Of a stretch of DNA of 64,000 nucleotides, positions 11,158 to 23,244 are shown piece after piece (within the stretch, counting starts at the first letter, position 1; each line of letters begins with the position of its first letter). The notes under the pieces were generated by a model. The model was not told where the DNA came from and searched no databases. It saw only the letters and a list, made by a program, of their open reading frames with translations. A program made the position numbers and the translations under genes. Source of the DNA: Burkholderiales bacterium (GTDB lineage Bacteria; Pseudomonadota; Gammaproteobacteria; Burkholderiales; Burkholderiaceae_C); assembly GCA_038241115.1 (NCBI GenBank), contig JBBRGA010000001.1, positions 1,319-65,318 of the forward strand. Direction: 5' to 3'.

Positions 11158-12423
11158 ATGTTGACCTATCAGCAACCAGATTCCAAAGGCCATTTCGGCC
11201 CTTACGGTGGGACCTTTGTCGCCGAGACCTTGATTCACGCGCTTGACGAGCTCAAAGAAGCGTACGCAGTCGCGCAAGCTGACCCTGCTTTCATGGCTGA
11301 GTACCGCAGTGAGTTGGCGCACTTTGTGGGTCGCCCGAGCCCCATCTATCACGCCGCCCGAATGAGCCGCGAACTGGGTGGCGCGCAGATCTACCTCAAG
11401 CGTGAAGACCTCAACCACACCGGCGCGCACAAGATCAACAACACCATTGGACAGGCGCTGCTGGCAAGGCGCATGGGCAAGCCCCGGGTGATTGCTGAAA
11501 CCGGAGCCGGACAACACGGCGTGGCCACGGCCACCATCTGCGCAAGGTACGGCATGGAATGCGTGGTTTATATGGGCAGCGAAGACATCAAGCGCCAGTC
11601 GCCCAATGTCTACCGCATGCATTTGCTCGGAGCTACGGTGGTCCCCGTCGAAAGCGGATCAAAAACGCTGAAAGATGCCCTGAATGAGGCGTTGCGCGAT
11701 TGGGTCACCAATGTCGAAAACACTTTCTACATCATCGGTACAGTCGCGGGTCCGCACCCTTACCCGGCCATGGTGCGCGACTTCCAACGCGTCATAGGCG
11801 ATGAATGCTTGGTGCAAATGCCCTCGATGATGGGCCGCCAACCGGACGCCGTGATCGCTTGCGTGGGCGGCGGTAGCAATGCGATGGGTATTTTTTATCC
11901 TTACATCGAACACGAGAAAACGCGCTTGATTGGCGTCGAAGCTGCAGGACAAGGCATTGAAACCGGCAAGCACGCGGCATCGTTAACAGCCGGCACACCA
12001 GGTGTCTTGCACGGCAACCGCACCTACTTGCTACAAGACGCCAACGGCCAAATCACCGAGACGCATTCAGTGTCGGCGGGCTTGGACTATCCCGGCGTGG
12101 GCCCCGAGCACGCGTACTTGAAGGACATAGGGCGAGCTGAATACGTCAGCGTCACCGACGACGAAGCCATGAAGGCCTTTCATCACCTGTGCCGAACCGA
12201 AGGCATCATCCCGGCGCTGGAGTCGGCTCATGCCGTGGCGCAGGCCATGAAAATGGCTCCGGCCATGCGATCGGATCAACATTTGCTCGTCAACCTGTCG
12301 GGCCGTGGTGACAAAGACATAGGCACCGTCGCCGACATTTCTGGAGCCAGTTTTTTCTGCCGTCCGTCTTGCCAGGGTCAAAGTCTCAAGGGCCAAACTC
12401 ATTCGATGAAAGGTCCGCGATGA
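11158..12423 (+). CDS. trpB: Tryptophan synthase beta chain
   Basis: ATG 11158 inside track ORF 11044..12423. GHFGPYGG; HTGAHKINN (PLP Lys); GGGSNAMG. Unusual C-terminal tail, see findings. Confidence 0.95.
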   Translation: MLTYQQPDSKGHFGPYGGTFVAETLIHALDELKEAYAVAQADPAFMAEYRSELAHFVGRPSPIYHAARMSRELGGAQIYLKREDLNHTGAHKINNTIGQALLARRMGKPRVIAETGAGQHGVATATICARYGMECVVYMGSEDIKRQSPNVYRMHLLGATVVPVESGSKTLKDALNEALRDWVTNVENTFYIIGTVAGPHPYPAMVRDFQRVIGDECLVQMPSMMGRQPDAVIACVGGGSNAMGIFYPYIEHEKTRLIGVEAAGQGIETGKHAASLTAGTPGVLHGNRTYLLQDANGQITETHSVSAGLDYPGVGPEHAYLKDIGRAEYVSVTDDEAMKAFHHLCRTEGIIPALESAHAVAQAMKMAPAMRSDQHLLVNLSGRGDKDIGTVADISGASFFCRPSCQGQSLKGQTHSMKGPR

Positions 12424-13265
12424 GCCGCATTGCAGGCGTTTTTGCTCAGTTGAAATTGCAGGGGCGTCAAGCCCTCATACCTTATGTGACGGCGGGCGAT
12501 CCTTATCCCGATGCCACGGTTGAGATCATGCTCAGTTTGGCTGCGAACGGCTGCGACGTGATTGAGCTCGGCGTCCCGTTTTCCGATCCCATGGCCGATG
12601 GCCCGGTCATTCAAAAAGCGGCCGAACGCGCCTTGGTACACGGAATCGGCATGCCGCAGGTACTGGAATACGTGCGCGCCTTTCGTGCCCGCAACAGCGC
12701 CACGCCGCTGGTTTTGATGGGCTACGCCAACCCCATCGAACGCTACGGCACTCAACGTTTCGTCGCGGACGCATCGACCGCAGGCGTTGACGGCGTTTTG
12801 GTGGTGGACTACCCGCCCGAAGAGTGCGAAGCATTTGCGAGCACTTTGCGCGACCATTCGATGGATCCGGTGTTCTTGCTGGCACCAACCTCAACCGAGG
12901 CACGCATGCGTGAAGTTGGGCGCATCGCCAGCGGCTATGTTTACTATGTGTCTCTCAAGGGCGTAACGGGCGCAGGTCATCTTGACGTGTCTGCAGTGGC
13001 TGAGATGATTCCGCGCATCCGTCAGCACGTCAGCATTCCGGTGGGTGTTGGGTTCGGAATCCGAGACGGAGCCACCGCACGTGCCGTTGCCAAGGTGTCC
13101 GATGCAGTGGTGATCGGCTCGGCGTTGGTGCAATTGTTAGAGACTGAGACCCGTGAGAATGTGGCGTCAGCGGCCGGTCGCTTCGCCGCGAGCATCAGAG
13201 CGTCCATCGACGGCGCTGAAATTGAAGCCCCCAGGATCGAAAGCGCAGAAGGAGCCATGCGATGA
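12420..13265 (+). CDS. trpA: Tryptophan synthase alpha chain
   Basis: ATG 12420 overlaps the trpB stop (ATGA). [12 protein letters not shown]...[10 protein letters not shown]; [17 protein letters not shown]. Confidence 0.95.
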   Translation: MSRIAGVFAQLKLQGRQALIPYVTAGDPYPDATVEIMLSLAANGCDVIELGVPFSDPMADGPVIQKAAERALVHGIGMPQVLEYVRAFRARNSATPLVLMGYANPIERYGTQRFVADASTAGVDGVLVVDYPPEECEAFASTLRDHSMDPVFLLAPTSTEARMREVGRIASGYVYYVSLKGVTGAGHLDVSAVAEMIPRIRQHVSIPVGVGFGIRDGATARAVAKVSDAVVIGSALVQLLETETRENVASAAGRFAASIRASIDGAEIEAPRIESAEGAMR

Positions 13266-14134
13266 GTTGGTTGGAAAAGTTGCTGCCGCCGAAAATGCTC
13301 CAAACTGATCCGAGCGAAAGGCGAACCGTGCCTGAAGGCTTGTGGATCAAGTGCCCTTCCTGCGAAACCGTGCTTTACAAGAATGACTTGGAGCAAAACA
13401 TTTATGTGTGTCCCAAGTGCAGCCACCACCACCGCATCGGGGCGCGCGCGCGCCTCGAAGCCTTCCTAGACGCCGAAGGGCGTTTTGAAATCGGCCAAGA
13501 AGTAGTGCCGGTGGACGCGCTCAAATTCAAAGACAGCAAGAAATATCCGCAGCGTTTGAAAGAGGCGCTGGAAAACACAGGCGAAACCGACGCTCTGGTT
13601 GTTATGGGCGGTTCGGTGCTGAGCACGCCGGTGATGGTGGCGTGCTTTGAATTTGAGTTCATGGGCGGCTCGATGGGCTCGGTAGTTGGCGAGCGGTTTG
13701 TGCGTGGCGTCGAAACGGCGGTGGGTCAAAAAACGCCGTTCATCAGCTTCACCGCCACCGGTGGCGCACGCATGCAAGAAGGACTTCTAAGCCTTATGCA
13801 AATGGCAAAGGTCAACGCTGCGCTCACGCGTTTGGCGAAGGCCAAGTTGCCGTATATCAGCGTCTTGGCCGATCCGACAATGGGCGGCGTGTCTGCCAGC
13901 TTCGCCTTCATGGGTGATGTGGTGATTGCAGAACCGAAAGCGCTGATAGGTTTTGCAGGCCCCCGCGTGATCGAAAATACGGTTCGTGAAAAACTGCCCG
14001 AAGGCTTTCAAAGGGCTGAGTTTTTGATGCAGACCGGCGCCATTGACATGATCGTCGATCGCCGCGAACTGAAGCGAACAGTGGCACGTGCCATCGCCAT
14101 GCTGACGCGCCAAAGTGCGGACGCATTGGCTTGA
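13262..14134 (+). CDS. accD: Acetyl-CoA carboxylase carboxyltransferase beta subunit
   Basis: 290 aa. ATGA overlap with trpA. Zn-ribbon CPSCETVLY...CPKCSHH; GGARMQEG. Confidence 0.95.
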   Translation: MSWLEKLLPPKMLQTDPSERRTVPEGLWIKCPSCETVLYKNDLEQNIYVCPKCSHHHRIGARARLEAFLDAEGRFEIGQEVVPVDALKFKDSKKYPQRLKEALENTGETDALVVMGGSVLSTPVMVACFEFEFMGGSMGSVVGERFVRGVETAVGQKTPFISFTATGGARMQEGLLSLMQMAKVNAALTRLAKAKLPYISVLADPTMGGVSASFAFMGDVVIAEPKALIGFAGPRVIENTVREKLPEGFQRAEFLMQTGAIDMIVDRRELKRTVARAIAMLTRQSADALA

Positions 14135-14155
14135 CATCTTGGGTCGGCCACAACT

Positions 14156-14190
14156 CGATCAAGGCAGCTTCGGCTGCCTTGATCGTTTGC
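14156..14190 (+). terminator. Intrinsic terminator after accD
   Basis: Perfect 13-bp stem (14156-14168 / 14173-14185, cgatcaaggcagc-ttcg-gctgccttgatcg) with a TTCG tetraloop, followed by tttgc. Begins 22 nt after the accD stop. Confidence 0.7.
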
Positions 14191-14310
14191 AAATCGCCTC
14201 TTGGAGCGCCTGAACTTTCCGGCAACGATTGCCCTCTACAAAGTAGAACTTCCTACAAACAGCCTCTCCACAAACGGACCGTAGCCTTCTGGCGACGTGA
14301 ATAAATTTCC

Positions 14311-17106
14311 ATGACGCAACGTATTCGCTTCGCCCTCGTTACCGCCTGCTTGCTCGGCCTGGTCGTGTTGACTGATCTGTCCGTGGCCCAGTCCAAGTTG
14401 GCGCCACTCACGAAAACTCAGTCTGTTGAAGGCATAGACGAGTACCGTTTGCCCAACGGTCTACAGATTCTTTTGGTGCCCGATACGTCCAAGCCCACGA
14501 CGACCGTGAACTTGACCTACCGCGTGGGTTCGCGGCAAGAAAATTACGGGGAAACAGGAATGGCGCACTTGTTGGAGCACATGTTGTTCAAAGGCACGCC
14601 GAAGCACCCCAAGGTCTGGTCTGAGTTTGAGAAGCGCGGCTTGGCCGCCAATGGCAGCACCAACGCCGACCGCACCAACTACACCGCCAGTTTTTCAGCC
14701 AACGCCAACAACCTCAACTGGTATGTGGGTTGGTTGGCAGACGCCATGGTCAACAGTTACATCGCGCGCAAAGACCTCGACACGGAAATGACGGTGGTGC
14801 GCAATGAAATGGAGTCTGGCGAGAACAACCCCGAGCGCACGCTTTACAAAAAAACCTTGGCAGTGATGTTCGACTGGCACAACTACGGCAAAGACACCAT
14901 CGGCGCGCGCGCCGACGTCGAGAACGTTGACATCCCGCGCTTGCAAGCCTTCTATCGCCAGTACTACCAACCTGACAACGCCACCCTCATCGTGGCTGGC
15001 AGCTTTGATACGGCAGCGCTGTTGACGTCGATTTCCAAGTCCTTTGGCGTGATCAAAAAGCCGACCCGCAAGCTGCCTAATTTTTACACCTTGGAGCCAA
15101 CGCAAGACGGTGAACGCAGCGTCAACCTGCGTCGCTCGGGCGGGGTTCCCGAGCTCTTTGCCGGCTACCACGTACCGCCTGCCGCCCACCCTGACTACGC
15201 CGCCGTTGAGTTGCTCGGCATCATCATGGGCGACAGCCCCTCTGGACGACTGCACAGGCGCCTGACAGAGAAGCAATTGGCAACGAATGTGTTCGCTTTC
15301 AGTCAAGGCATGAACGAGCCTGGCTTCGCGATCTTTGGGGCGCAACTGGAAAATGCGAGTGGCTTGGAAGCCTCACGTGCTGCTTTGCTCGACACCTTGG
15401 AATCGGTTGCGCGAGATCCCATTACGGCCGATGAATTGAAGCGCGCACGCATCAAGTGGCTCAAGTCGTGGGAGCAGGGCTTCAGCGATCCTGAATCTGT
15501 GGGCATCGCCCTGAGCGAGTCGATTGCGCAGGGCGATTGGCGCTTGTTTTTCATGCTGCGCGACCGGGTGCGTGATACGGCGTTAGCCGACGTACAGCGC
15601 GTCGCAGTTCAACGTTTGCTACCCGATAACCGGACCTTGGGCACTTACTTGCCCACCGACAAACCGCAGCGTGCACCGACGCCTGAGAAAGTCGATGTGA
15701 CGGAGCAGCTCAAGTCGTTCAAGCCCCAAGTGGCGCAGGCCGGTGTGGAAGCGTTTGATGCGACGCCCGCGGTGATCGATCAGCGGACGCAGAAGTTCAC
15801 TGTGGGCGGCGCAGCCAACATCCGGGCAGCCGTCTTACCGAAAGGTTCACGGGGCGGCGCGGTGCAAGCCACGCTGGTGCTGCGCTTTGGCAATGCCGAG
15901 AATTTATTTGGTACGGCGGATGTGGCCGATATAACGGCCGCGCTGCTCGACAAGGGAACGCGCAGCTTGAACCGCCAGCAACTTCAAGACCGCTTGGACG
16001 AGCTGAAAACCGAGATGAGCATCGGCGCTTCCCCCGGCCGCGTGTCGGTGAGTTTGCTGTCGCGCAAAGAGCACTTGGCGGCTGCGATCGCGCTGATGGG
16101 TGACGTGCTTCGCAACCCGACATTTCCGGCTGAAACTTTGCTGGAAGTGAAACGCCAAACCTTGTCTGCGATCGAGCAGCAACGCAAAGAGCCGGAGGCC
16201 GTGGCGAGCATGGCGCTGGCGCAGTGGAGCAACACCTATCCGCCCGGTGACGTTCGGCACTCACGCACCTTTGACGAAACAGTGCAGGGCGTCAACTCGG
16301 TAACTTTGGAGGCCGTGCGAGCTTTCCACAGTCGTTATTACGGAGCCGCACGCGGCGAGTTTGCGGCGGTTGGTGACATGGACGTGGCGGCTGTGAAGCA
16401 GGCGTTGCAGAGTGCGCTGGGTGATTGGTCGGCGGGGTCTGCCTTTACGCGCATTGCCAATCCGTTGAATGCCGACAAGCCGACGCGCTTCATGCTGCCC
16501 ACGCCAGACAAGCAGAACGCCTACATGGTGGTGCGCCAAGGAATCGCATTGACAGATAACGATACCGACTATGCGGCCTTGAACATGGCCAACTACCTGC
16601 TTGGCGGCGGCGGTAATTCGCGTTTGTGGAAGCGGATACGTGAAGCCGAAGGTTTGTCGTATGACGTGCGCAGTGGCATCAGTTGGAACAGCCTCGAGGC
16701 GAATTCCAGCTGGGAAGCCAGCGCCATCTTTGCGCCCCAAAACCAAGCCAAAGTGGAAGCTGCCTTCAAGGAGGAAGTGGCCAAGGCTTTGAAGAACGGG
16801 TTCACGGCGCAGGAGCTCAGCGAAGGGCAACGCGGTCTGCTGAACTTCCGTCGCTTGTCACGTGCTCAGGACGCGACGTTGGCGCGTGCTTTGGCCAGCA
16901 ATCTCTACCTGGACCGTAGCTTCGCCAAAGCTGCGCAAGTCGACGCCGCCCTGGCCGCACTGACGTTGCCGCAGGTGAATGCCGCGCTAAAAAATTACAT
17001 CAAACCCGAAAGCTTTGCCACTGCGTTCGCGGGTGAATTCAAACCCGCGGTTTCGGATGCAACTTCGAATGCCGTTTTGAACGCAAATACAGTCAAGAAG
17101 CCTTGA
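14311..17106 (+). CDS. Secreted two-module M16 (pitrilysin/PqqL-like) zinc peptidase
   Basis: 931 aa. Signal peptide. Inverted zinc motif HLLEHMLFKG in the N-terminal module. The second M16 pair lacks HxxEH. Confidence 0.88.
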   Translation: MTQRIRFALVTACLLGLVVLTDLSVAQSKLAPLTKTQSVEGIDEYRLPNGLQILLVPDTSKPTTTVNLTYRVGSRQENYGETGMAHLLEHMLFKGTPKHPKVWSEFEKRGLAANGSTNADRTNYTASFSANANNLNWYVGWLADAMVNSYIARKDLDTEMTVVRNEMESGENNPERTLYKKTLAVMFDWHNYGKDTIGARADVENVDIPRLQAFYRQYYQPDNATLIVAGSFDTAALLTSISKSFGVIKKPTRKLPNFYTLEPTQDGERSVNLRRSGGVPELFAGYHVPPAAHPDYAAVELLGIIMGDSPSGRLHRRLTEKQLATNVFAFSQGMNEPGFAIFGAQLENASGLEASRAALLDTLESVARDPITADELKRARIKWLKSWEQGFSDPESVGIALSESIAQGDWRLFFMLRDRVRDTALADVQRVAVQRLLPDNRTLGTYLPTDKPQRAPTPEKVDVTEQLKSFKPQVAQAGVEAFDATPAVIDQRTQKFTVGGAANIRAAVLPKGSRGGAVQATLVLRFGNAENLFGTADVADITAALLDKGTRSLNRQQLQDRLDELKTEMSIGASPGRVSVSLLSRKEHLAAAIALMGDVLRNPTFPAETLLEVKRQTLSAIEQQRKEPEAVASMALAQWSNTYPPGDVRHSRTFDETVQGVNSVTLEAVRAFHSRYYGAARGEFAAVGDMDVAAVKQALQSALGDWSAGSAFTRIANPLNADKPTRFMLPTPDKQNAYMVVRQGIALTDNDTDYAALNMANYLLGGGGNSRLWKRIREAEGLSYDVRSGISWNSLEANSSWEASAIFAPQNQAKVEAAFKEEVAKALKNGFTAQELSEGQRGLLNFRRLSRAQDATLARALASNLYLDRSFAKAAQVDAALAALTLPQVNAALKNYIKPESFATAFAGEFKPAVSDATSNAVLNANTVKKP

Positions 17107-18298
17107 ACGGACGTCGTTCGTTCAGCTCGTCCATATAGCTTTCCATTCCGGCGCCCTCGCGCTGTAAAAAATCGGCCACGGCTTGCGCAAATTGAGGGTG
17201 AGCCAGCCAGTGCGCTGACCAAGTTTGGACGGGCAACAGCCCACGTGCCATCTTGTGCTCGCCTTGCGCGCCGCCCTCAAAGCGGCGGATGTTGTTGGCA
17301 ATGCACCAAGCCAGAGGCTCGTAATAGCAAGCCGCGAAGTGCAGGCAGGCAATGTGTTCGGTCGCGCCCCAATAGCGGCCAAACGCTGTGCCGTGCGCTC
17401 TGTCGATTCCAATCAAAGAAGCAGCCACGCGCGCGCCACCTTTCCACGCCAGCACCATCATCCAGTTCTCGGGCATCGTGCTCGCCATACGCGCAAAAAA
17501 ATCGCGCGACAGATACGGTGTTGAGCGATGTTCTTGGTAGGTGGTGCTGTAGCAGCGGTAAAAATAATCCCAATCTTCAGTGCTGATGGCCGTGCCCTCC
17601 CGCCAGGTAAAGGTCACGCCCGCGTCATTCACTTTGCGACGCTCTTGCTGAATCTTCTTGCGCTTTTCGCGTTGCAGGCTCGCCAGAAAATCCGCGAAGT
17701 CCACGTAGGGCTCGCCGACTCGCTGCTGCCAGTGAAACTGCACCGTTGTGCGCAGCATCCAGCCTGCCGCCTCTGCCGCAGCATGGTCGGCCTCGTCCAT
17801 AAACAGCAAGTGTGCCGACGACAGTTTGGCCTGGGATGCGATTTGCTGAATTGCCTGCAACAGCACTGCGCGCCCTGCCGAGTCACGGGCGAGTAAACGC
17901 GGCCCGGGGACAGGGGTGAACGGTACCGCGCCCAGCAGCTTTGGGTAATAGCGCAAGCCGTGTCGTTGATAGGCGTCTGCCCACGCCCAATCGAACACGT
18001 ACTCGCCGTAGGAGTGGTCTTTCAAGTAGAGCGCGCAGGCGGCGATCAACACACTGTCTTGCTCTACGCACAAGAACTGAGGTGTCCAACCTGTGGAGCT
18101 GCAGGCGCTGCCAGATTCATGCAGCGCCAGCAGGTACTCATGGCGCATGAACGGGCCTGAGCTTGGCTGCAAGGCCAAGAGCACGTTCCACTGCTCGGCG
18201 TCCACTGCGGCGGGGTGGTCGAGCACCCGAATGACATAATCATTTCGAGCTTCGATGGCTGCAATCCGCTGTTCGGTTTTCTGTGTTTCCTCACGCAT
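17093..18298 (-). CDS. FemAB-like/GNAT-fold protein (DUF482, COG3146-type)
   Basis: 401 aa. The family assignment comes from remembered overall sequence pattern (…FMRHEYLLALHESG…, …YYCGIEHIACLHFE-like core). The start is uncertain because it abuts nadE head-to-head. Confidence 0.6.
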   Translation of the reverse strand: MREETQKTEQRIAAIEARNDYVIRVLDHPAAVDAEQWNVLLALQPSSGPFMRHEYLLALHESGSACSSTGWTPQFLCVEQDSVLIAACALYLKDHSYGEYVFDWAWADAYQRHGLRYYPKLLGAVPFTPVPGPRLLARDSAGRAVLLQAIQQIASQAKLSSAHLLFMDEADHAAAEAAGWMLRTTVQFHWQQRVGEPYVDFADFLASLQREKRKKIQQERRKVNDAGVTFTWREGTAISTEDWDYFYRCYSTTYQEHRSTPYLSRDFFARMASTMPENWMMVLAWKGGARVAASLIGIDRAHGTAFGRYWGATEHIACLHFAACYYEPLAWCIANNIRRFEGGAQGEHKMARGLLPVQTWSAHWLAHPQFAQAVADFLQREGAGMESYMDELNERRPFKAS

Positions 18299-20430
<2,132 letters not shown>

Positions 20431-20453
20431 TTTGAGCGCGTCGTCTTAAAGCG

Positions 20454-20837
20454 TCAAGCGCGTTCAAAGTAAGTCCATAGCGCAGCGAGCCACACGCCGG
20501 TGCACAGCAACAGAGACATGAACACCGCTGCACTGGCAATGTCTTTGGCCCGCTTGGACAGGTCGTGGAGCTCAAACGAAACACGGTCCACCACCGCTTC
20601 GACGCTCGAGTTGAGCAGTTCGACAATTAACACCAGGCAAACTGACGCTGCTAACGCTGCTGTCTCTAACCAGTTTCGGCCCAGCCAAAAAGACGCTGGC
20701 AGCATGATCATGGCGAGCCAAGTCTCTTGGCGAAAGGCGCTCTCGCCCGAGTAGGCCAATTTGAGGCCGTTCAATGAATGGCCTGTGGCTCGCAGCACTC
20801 TGTCGAAGCCGGTTCGGCCTTTGTGTTCATTCGTCAT
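20454..20837 (-). CDS. dgkA: Diacylglycerol kinase
   Basis: 127 aa. Collinear with E. coli DgkA (ESAFRQE..., IVELLNSSVEAVVDR, AKDIASAAV). Confidence 0.9.
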   Translation of the reverse strand: MTNEHKGRTGFDRVLRATGHSLNGLKLAYSGESAFRQETWLAMIMLPASFWLGRNWLETAALAASVCLVLIVELLNSSVEAVVDRVSFELHDLSKRAKDIASAAVFMSLLLCTGVWLAALWTYFERA

Positions 20838-20875
20838 GCAAAGTTGGTGGCGCGAGCGCGTTAGTCGCGGTGTGC

Positions 20876-21385
20876 CTACTTGGATGAAATCAGCGAAGTC
20901 CCGCAGACAACGTCATGCCAGAACTGTCGCGACGGATGCAGCCGCGCCAACATCGCATAGGCCACCACACCCGCACCCAAAATCGCGAACGAAGTGCCCG
21001 GGGAATGCAAATCTGCCAACCAAATGGCCAACAACGCAGGTACGAACCACAGCCAGCTCAACAAATACCGGCAAAAAGCCCGGGCTTGGCTAACTGCCGC
21101 TCCACTGCTGCTGACCAGACGCACATTCCAGGCTCGCATTGCAACGGTTTGACCGCCACGCGACCAAAACCAGACAAAGTAGATGCCCAAGACGACAAAC
21201 AAAAACGCTTGAAGGCCGTGCCTACCCTGCAACGCGTGACGCTGCTGCGTCAGGCTTGAGAACAAATAGCCAGCAAGCATCAAAACGCCGAACAAAAGCA
21301 CGCCTTCGTAGATGAAGCAAGCCATGCGTCTGAAAAGGCCCGGAACCTCCGGATGCTGAACGCTGGGCAGTATCGTAGTTTTCAC
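20876..21385 (-). CDS. RDD-family integral membrane protein
   Basis: 169 aa with 3-4 predicted TM segments. GQTVAMRAWNVRLV block typical of RDD proteins. Last gene of the ECF-sigma cluster. Confidence 0.65.
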   Translation of the reverse strand: MKTTILPSVQHPEVPGLFRRMACFIYEGVLLFGVLMLAGYLFSSLTQQRHALQGRHGLQAFLFVVLGIYFVWFWSRGGQTVAMRAWNVRLVSSSGAAVSQARAFCRYLLSWLWFVPALLAIWLADLHSPGTSFAILGAGVVAYAMLARLHPSRQFWHDVVCGTSLISSK

Positions 21386-21394
21386 AAGCGCCTG

Positions 21395-22171
21395 TCATGG
21401 TGAAGGTGATGATGCCGATGCCGCGGTAGATCGAGACATCGCACCTTGCGCGCCCTTTTGAGGCAACAAAGTGACTGAGTCCACAAACTCAGGAGATGCG
21501 GCAATCTTGGGCTGCCCAGTTTGTTGGTGAACCGGCGGCGTAACCCTCTTGGAAATCAAATTGGTGGTTGCTCCCGGCTGAGCTTGCACCACAGAAGGCG
21601 TGATCGAGCGTTGGGGTAGGGCCAGCGCAGGGTTGGCCACTATGTTTGATTTCAGTTGTGCGCTTTGTGAGCCACTGCTGGCCGCAACTGTGGCGGCTTT
21701 AGCTGCCAAATCGCGCTTCTGGTCGGCTGGCAATGCTTGGTATGCCTGCCACTGAGCTTGTCTGTTTTGCGGAGTCGATTTGTTCGCTTCTTGGAACTGA
21801 AGTCGAACCTTGCCGCGCTGTTCAGGTGACATTTGCGCCCACTCAGACATGCGCATTTGAATGCGGTCACGTTCTTCTGGCGACATGCTTGGAAAACGCG
21901 CGGCAATCACACGCCATTTTTGTTTTCGCTCCGCCGAGATTGCGGACCAATCCTTTTCGAGCGGCTTCAAAGCGGCCTGTTCGCCCGCGGTGAGGGTCAA
22001 GAATCTTGGGCCTTGTTCAGCAACTTGGCGAGCCTCAGTCCGAGTCTTAGGATCCGTCGCATTGCCAGCTTGGCCATGCGCAGGGGACACCAGAAGCGCA
22101 CCAAGTGAAAAAGCAAGTAGCACTCCCCAGATCGTGAGCTTCAAGCCGGAATCGAGCCCCTCTTCAGGCAT
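21395..22171 (-). CDS. Secreted repeat protein (DUF3106-like)
   Basis: 258 aa. Signal peptide (…LLVSPAHG). Repeated W-x-MSPEER/MSPEQR motifs (RFPSMSPEERDRIQMRMSEWAQMSPEQRGKV). Ser/Ala/Pro/Gln-rich C-terminus. Confidence 0.65.
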   Translation of the reverse strand: MPEEGLDSGLKLTIWGVLLAFSLGALLVSPAHGQAGNATDPKTRTEARQVAEQGPRFLTLTAGEQAALKPLEKDWSAISAERKQKWRVIAARFPSMSPEERDRIQMRMSEWAQMSPEQRGKVRLQFQEANKSTPQNRQAQWQAYQALPADQKRDLAAKAATVAASSGSQSAQLKSNIVANPALALPQRSITPSVVQAQPGATTNLISKRVTPPVHQQTGQPKIAASPEFVDSVTLLPQKGAQGAMSRSTAASASSPSP

Positions 22172-22174
22172 CGC

Positions 22175-22672
22175 TCAATGTCCGTCCAGCTTCAGAAATT
22201 CGACAAACCCTGGGTCACTGTAGGCGGCAAAGGGCACATCGTCACCGAGAAGTGCCGCGTCAACTTCAGCAGCCGCGCTGATCTGCGAACGCTGATGAAA
22301 GTGTTGAATGGAAAGCAACCCCAAAACCAAAGCTGCCAGCGGAATCAATGAGCCCAAGCGGGTCCAGAGATCACCGTCAAAACCGCCACGAAAGCCACCA
22401 CCAAAAAGGCCAGTGTTCAATCGCAACGCAACGTTGACTCCATTTCCTAGCCCTGATGTCGCTATGGTCGGTGACTTTCGAGCGGCCGAAGTCGCTAAGA
22501 CCGTGCGTTCAACCGCTTTTTCGCGAGCGAACTTCAGACGTTCGCGGACGTCAAAGGGCAATCTTTCAACGTGCTCAGTCATTAAGGCCGTTATCTTATG
22601 AGCGGCCCGGGTTTGTGCCGCTTCGATGCCTGCAGCCCCGGCACCATTCACAGATAAATTTTCAGTGCTCAT
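22175..22672 (-). CDS. Single-pass membrane protein (DUF3619-like), candidate anti-sigma factor
   Basis: ATG 22672 (MSTENLSVNG...) inside track ORF 22175..22756. 4-nt overlap with the sigma gene stop. One TM (LGSLIPLAALVLGLLSI). The ~105-aa N-terminal part is predicted cytoplasmic. Confidence 0.6.
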   Translation of the reverse strand: MSTENLSVNGAGAAGIEAAQTRAAHKITALMTEHVERLPFDVRERLKFAREKAVERTVLATSAARKSPTIATSGLGNGVNVALRLNTGLFGGGFRGGFDGDLWTRLGSLIPLAALVLGLLSIQHFHQRSQISAAAEVDAALLGDDVPFAAYSDPGFVEFLKLDGH

Positions 22673-23244
22673 AACGTAATCCCTTTTGACTTCAGCGCCT
22701 TGGCCAAGGTGTGAACTGCTCTTGAACAATGCGTCTTGACGCTGCCCTCTGAGCAACCCATGACGGACGCTGTTTCGGAAACATCAAACTCCTCCCAATA
22801 ACGCAATAAAAAGGCTTCTCGTTGACGCCCAGGCAATTGTTCGACTTCTCGATCAATGGCTAGCAGGATCTGCGCCCGAGAAACTGAGTCAGCTGCGCTC
22901 TCTGTACCGGCTGATTCGTTCAGAGCCTCTAAAGTTTCAAGAATATCGAAATCGCCGTCTTCGCCAGCGGGCTCGAAGTCTGAAAAATTCTTCAGCACAC
23001 CAGCCCGGACCTTTTTCCGGCGGAAATGATCCATGGTGGCGTTCGAAAGAATGCGCTGGAACAGCAAAGGCAGTTCAGCGGCAGGACGGTCAGCGTATTT
23101 TTCGGCCAAGCGAATCATTGCGTCCTGCACGATGTCCAGCGCCGAATCGTCATCGCGAACCGCAAAGCTAGTGCGCTTGAAAGCGCGTTTTTCAGCGCTT
23201 TTCAAAAAATCTGTCAATTCTTTTTCGGATGCCAAGAAGTACAC
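22669..23244 (-). CDS. ECF-type RNA polymerase sigma-70 family factor
   Basis: 191 aa, GTG start. Sigma-2 block DIVQDAMIRLAEKY...FQRILSNATMDHFRRKK. Sigma-4 HTH LPGRQREAFLLRYWEEFDVSETASVMGCSEGSVKTHCSRA. An acidic ~45-aa linker lies between them. Confidence 0.88.
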   Translation of the reverse strand: MYFLASEKELTDFLKSAEKRAFKRTSFAVRDDDSALDIVQDAMIRLAEKYADRPAAELPLLFQRILSNATMDHFRRKKVRAGVLKNFSDFEPAGEDGDFDILETLEALNESAGTESAADSVSRAQILLAIDREVEQLPGRQREAFLLRYWEEFDVSETASVMGCSEGSVKTHCSRAVHTLAKALKSKGITL

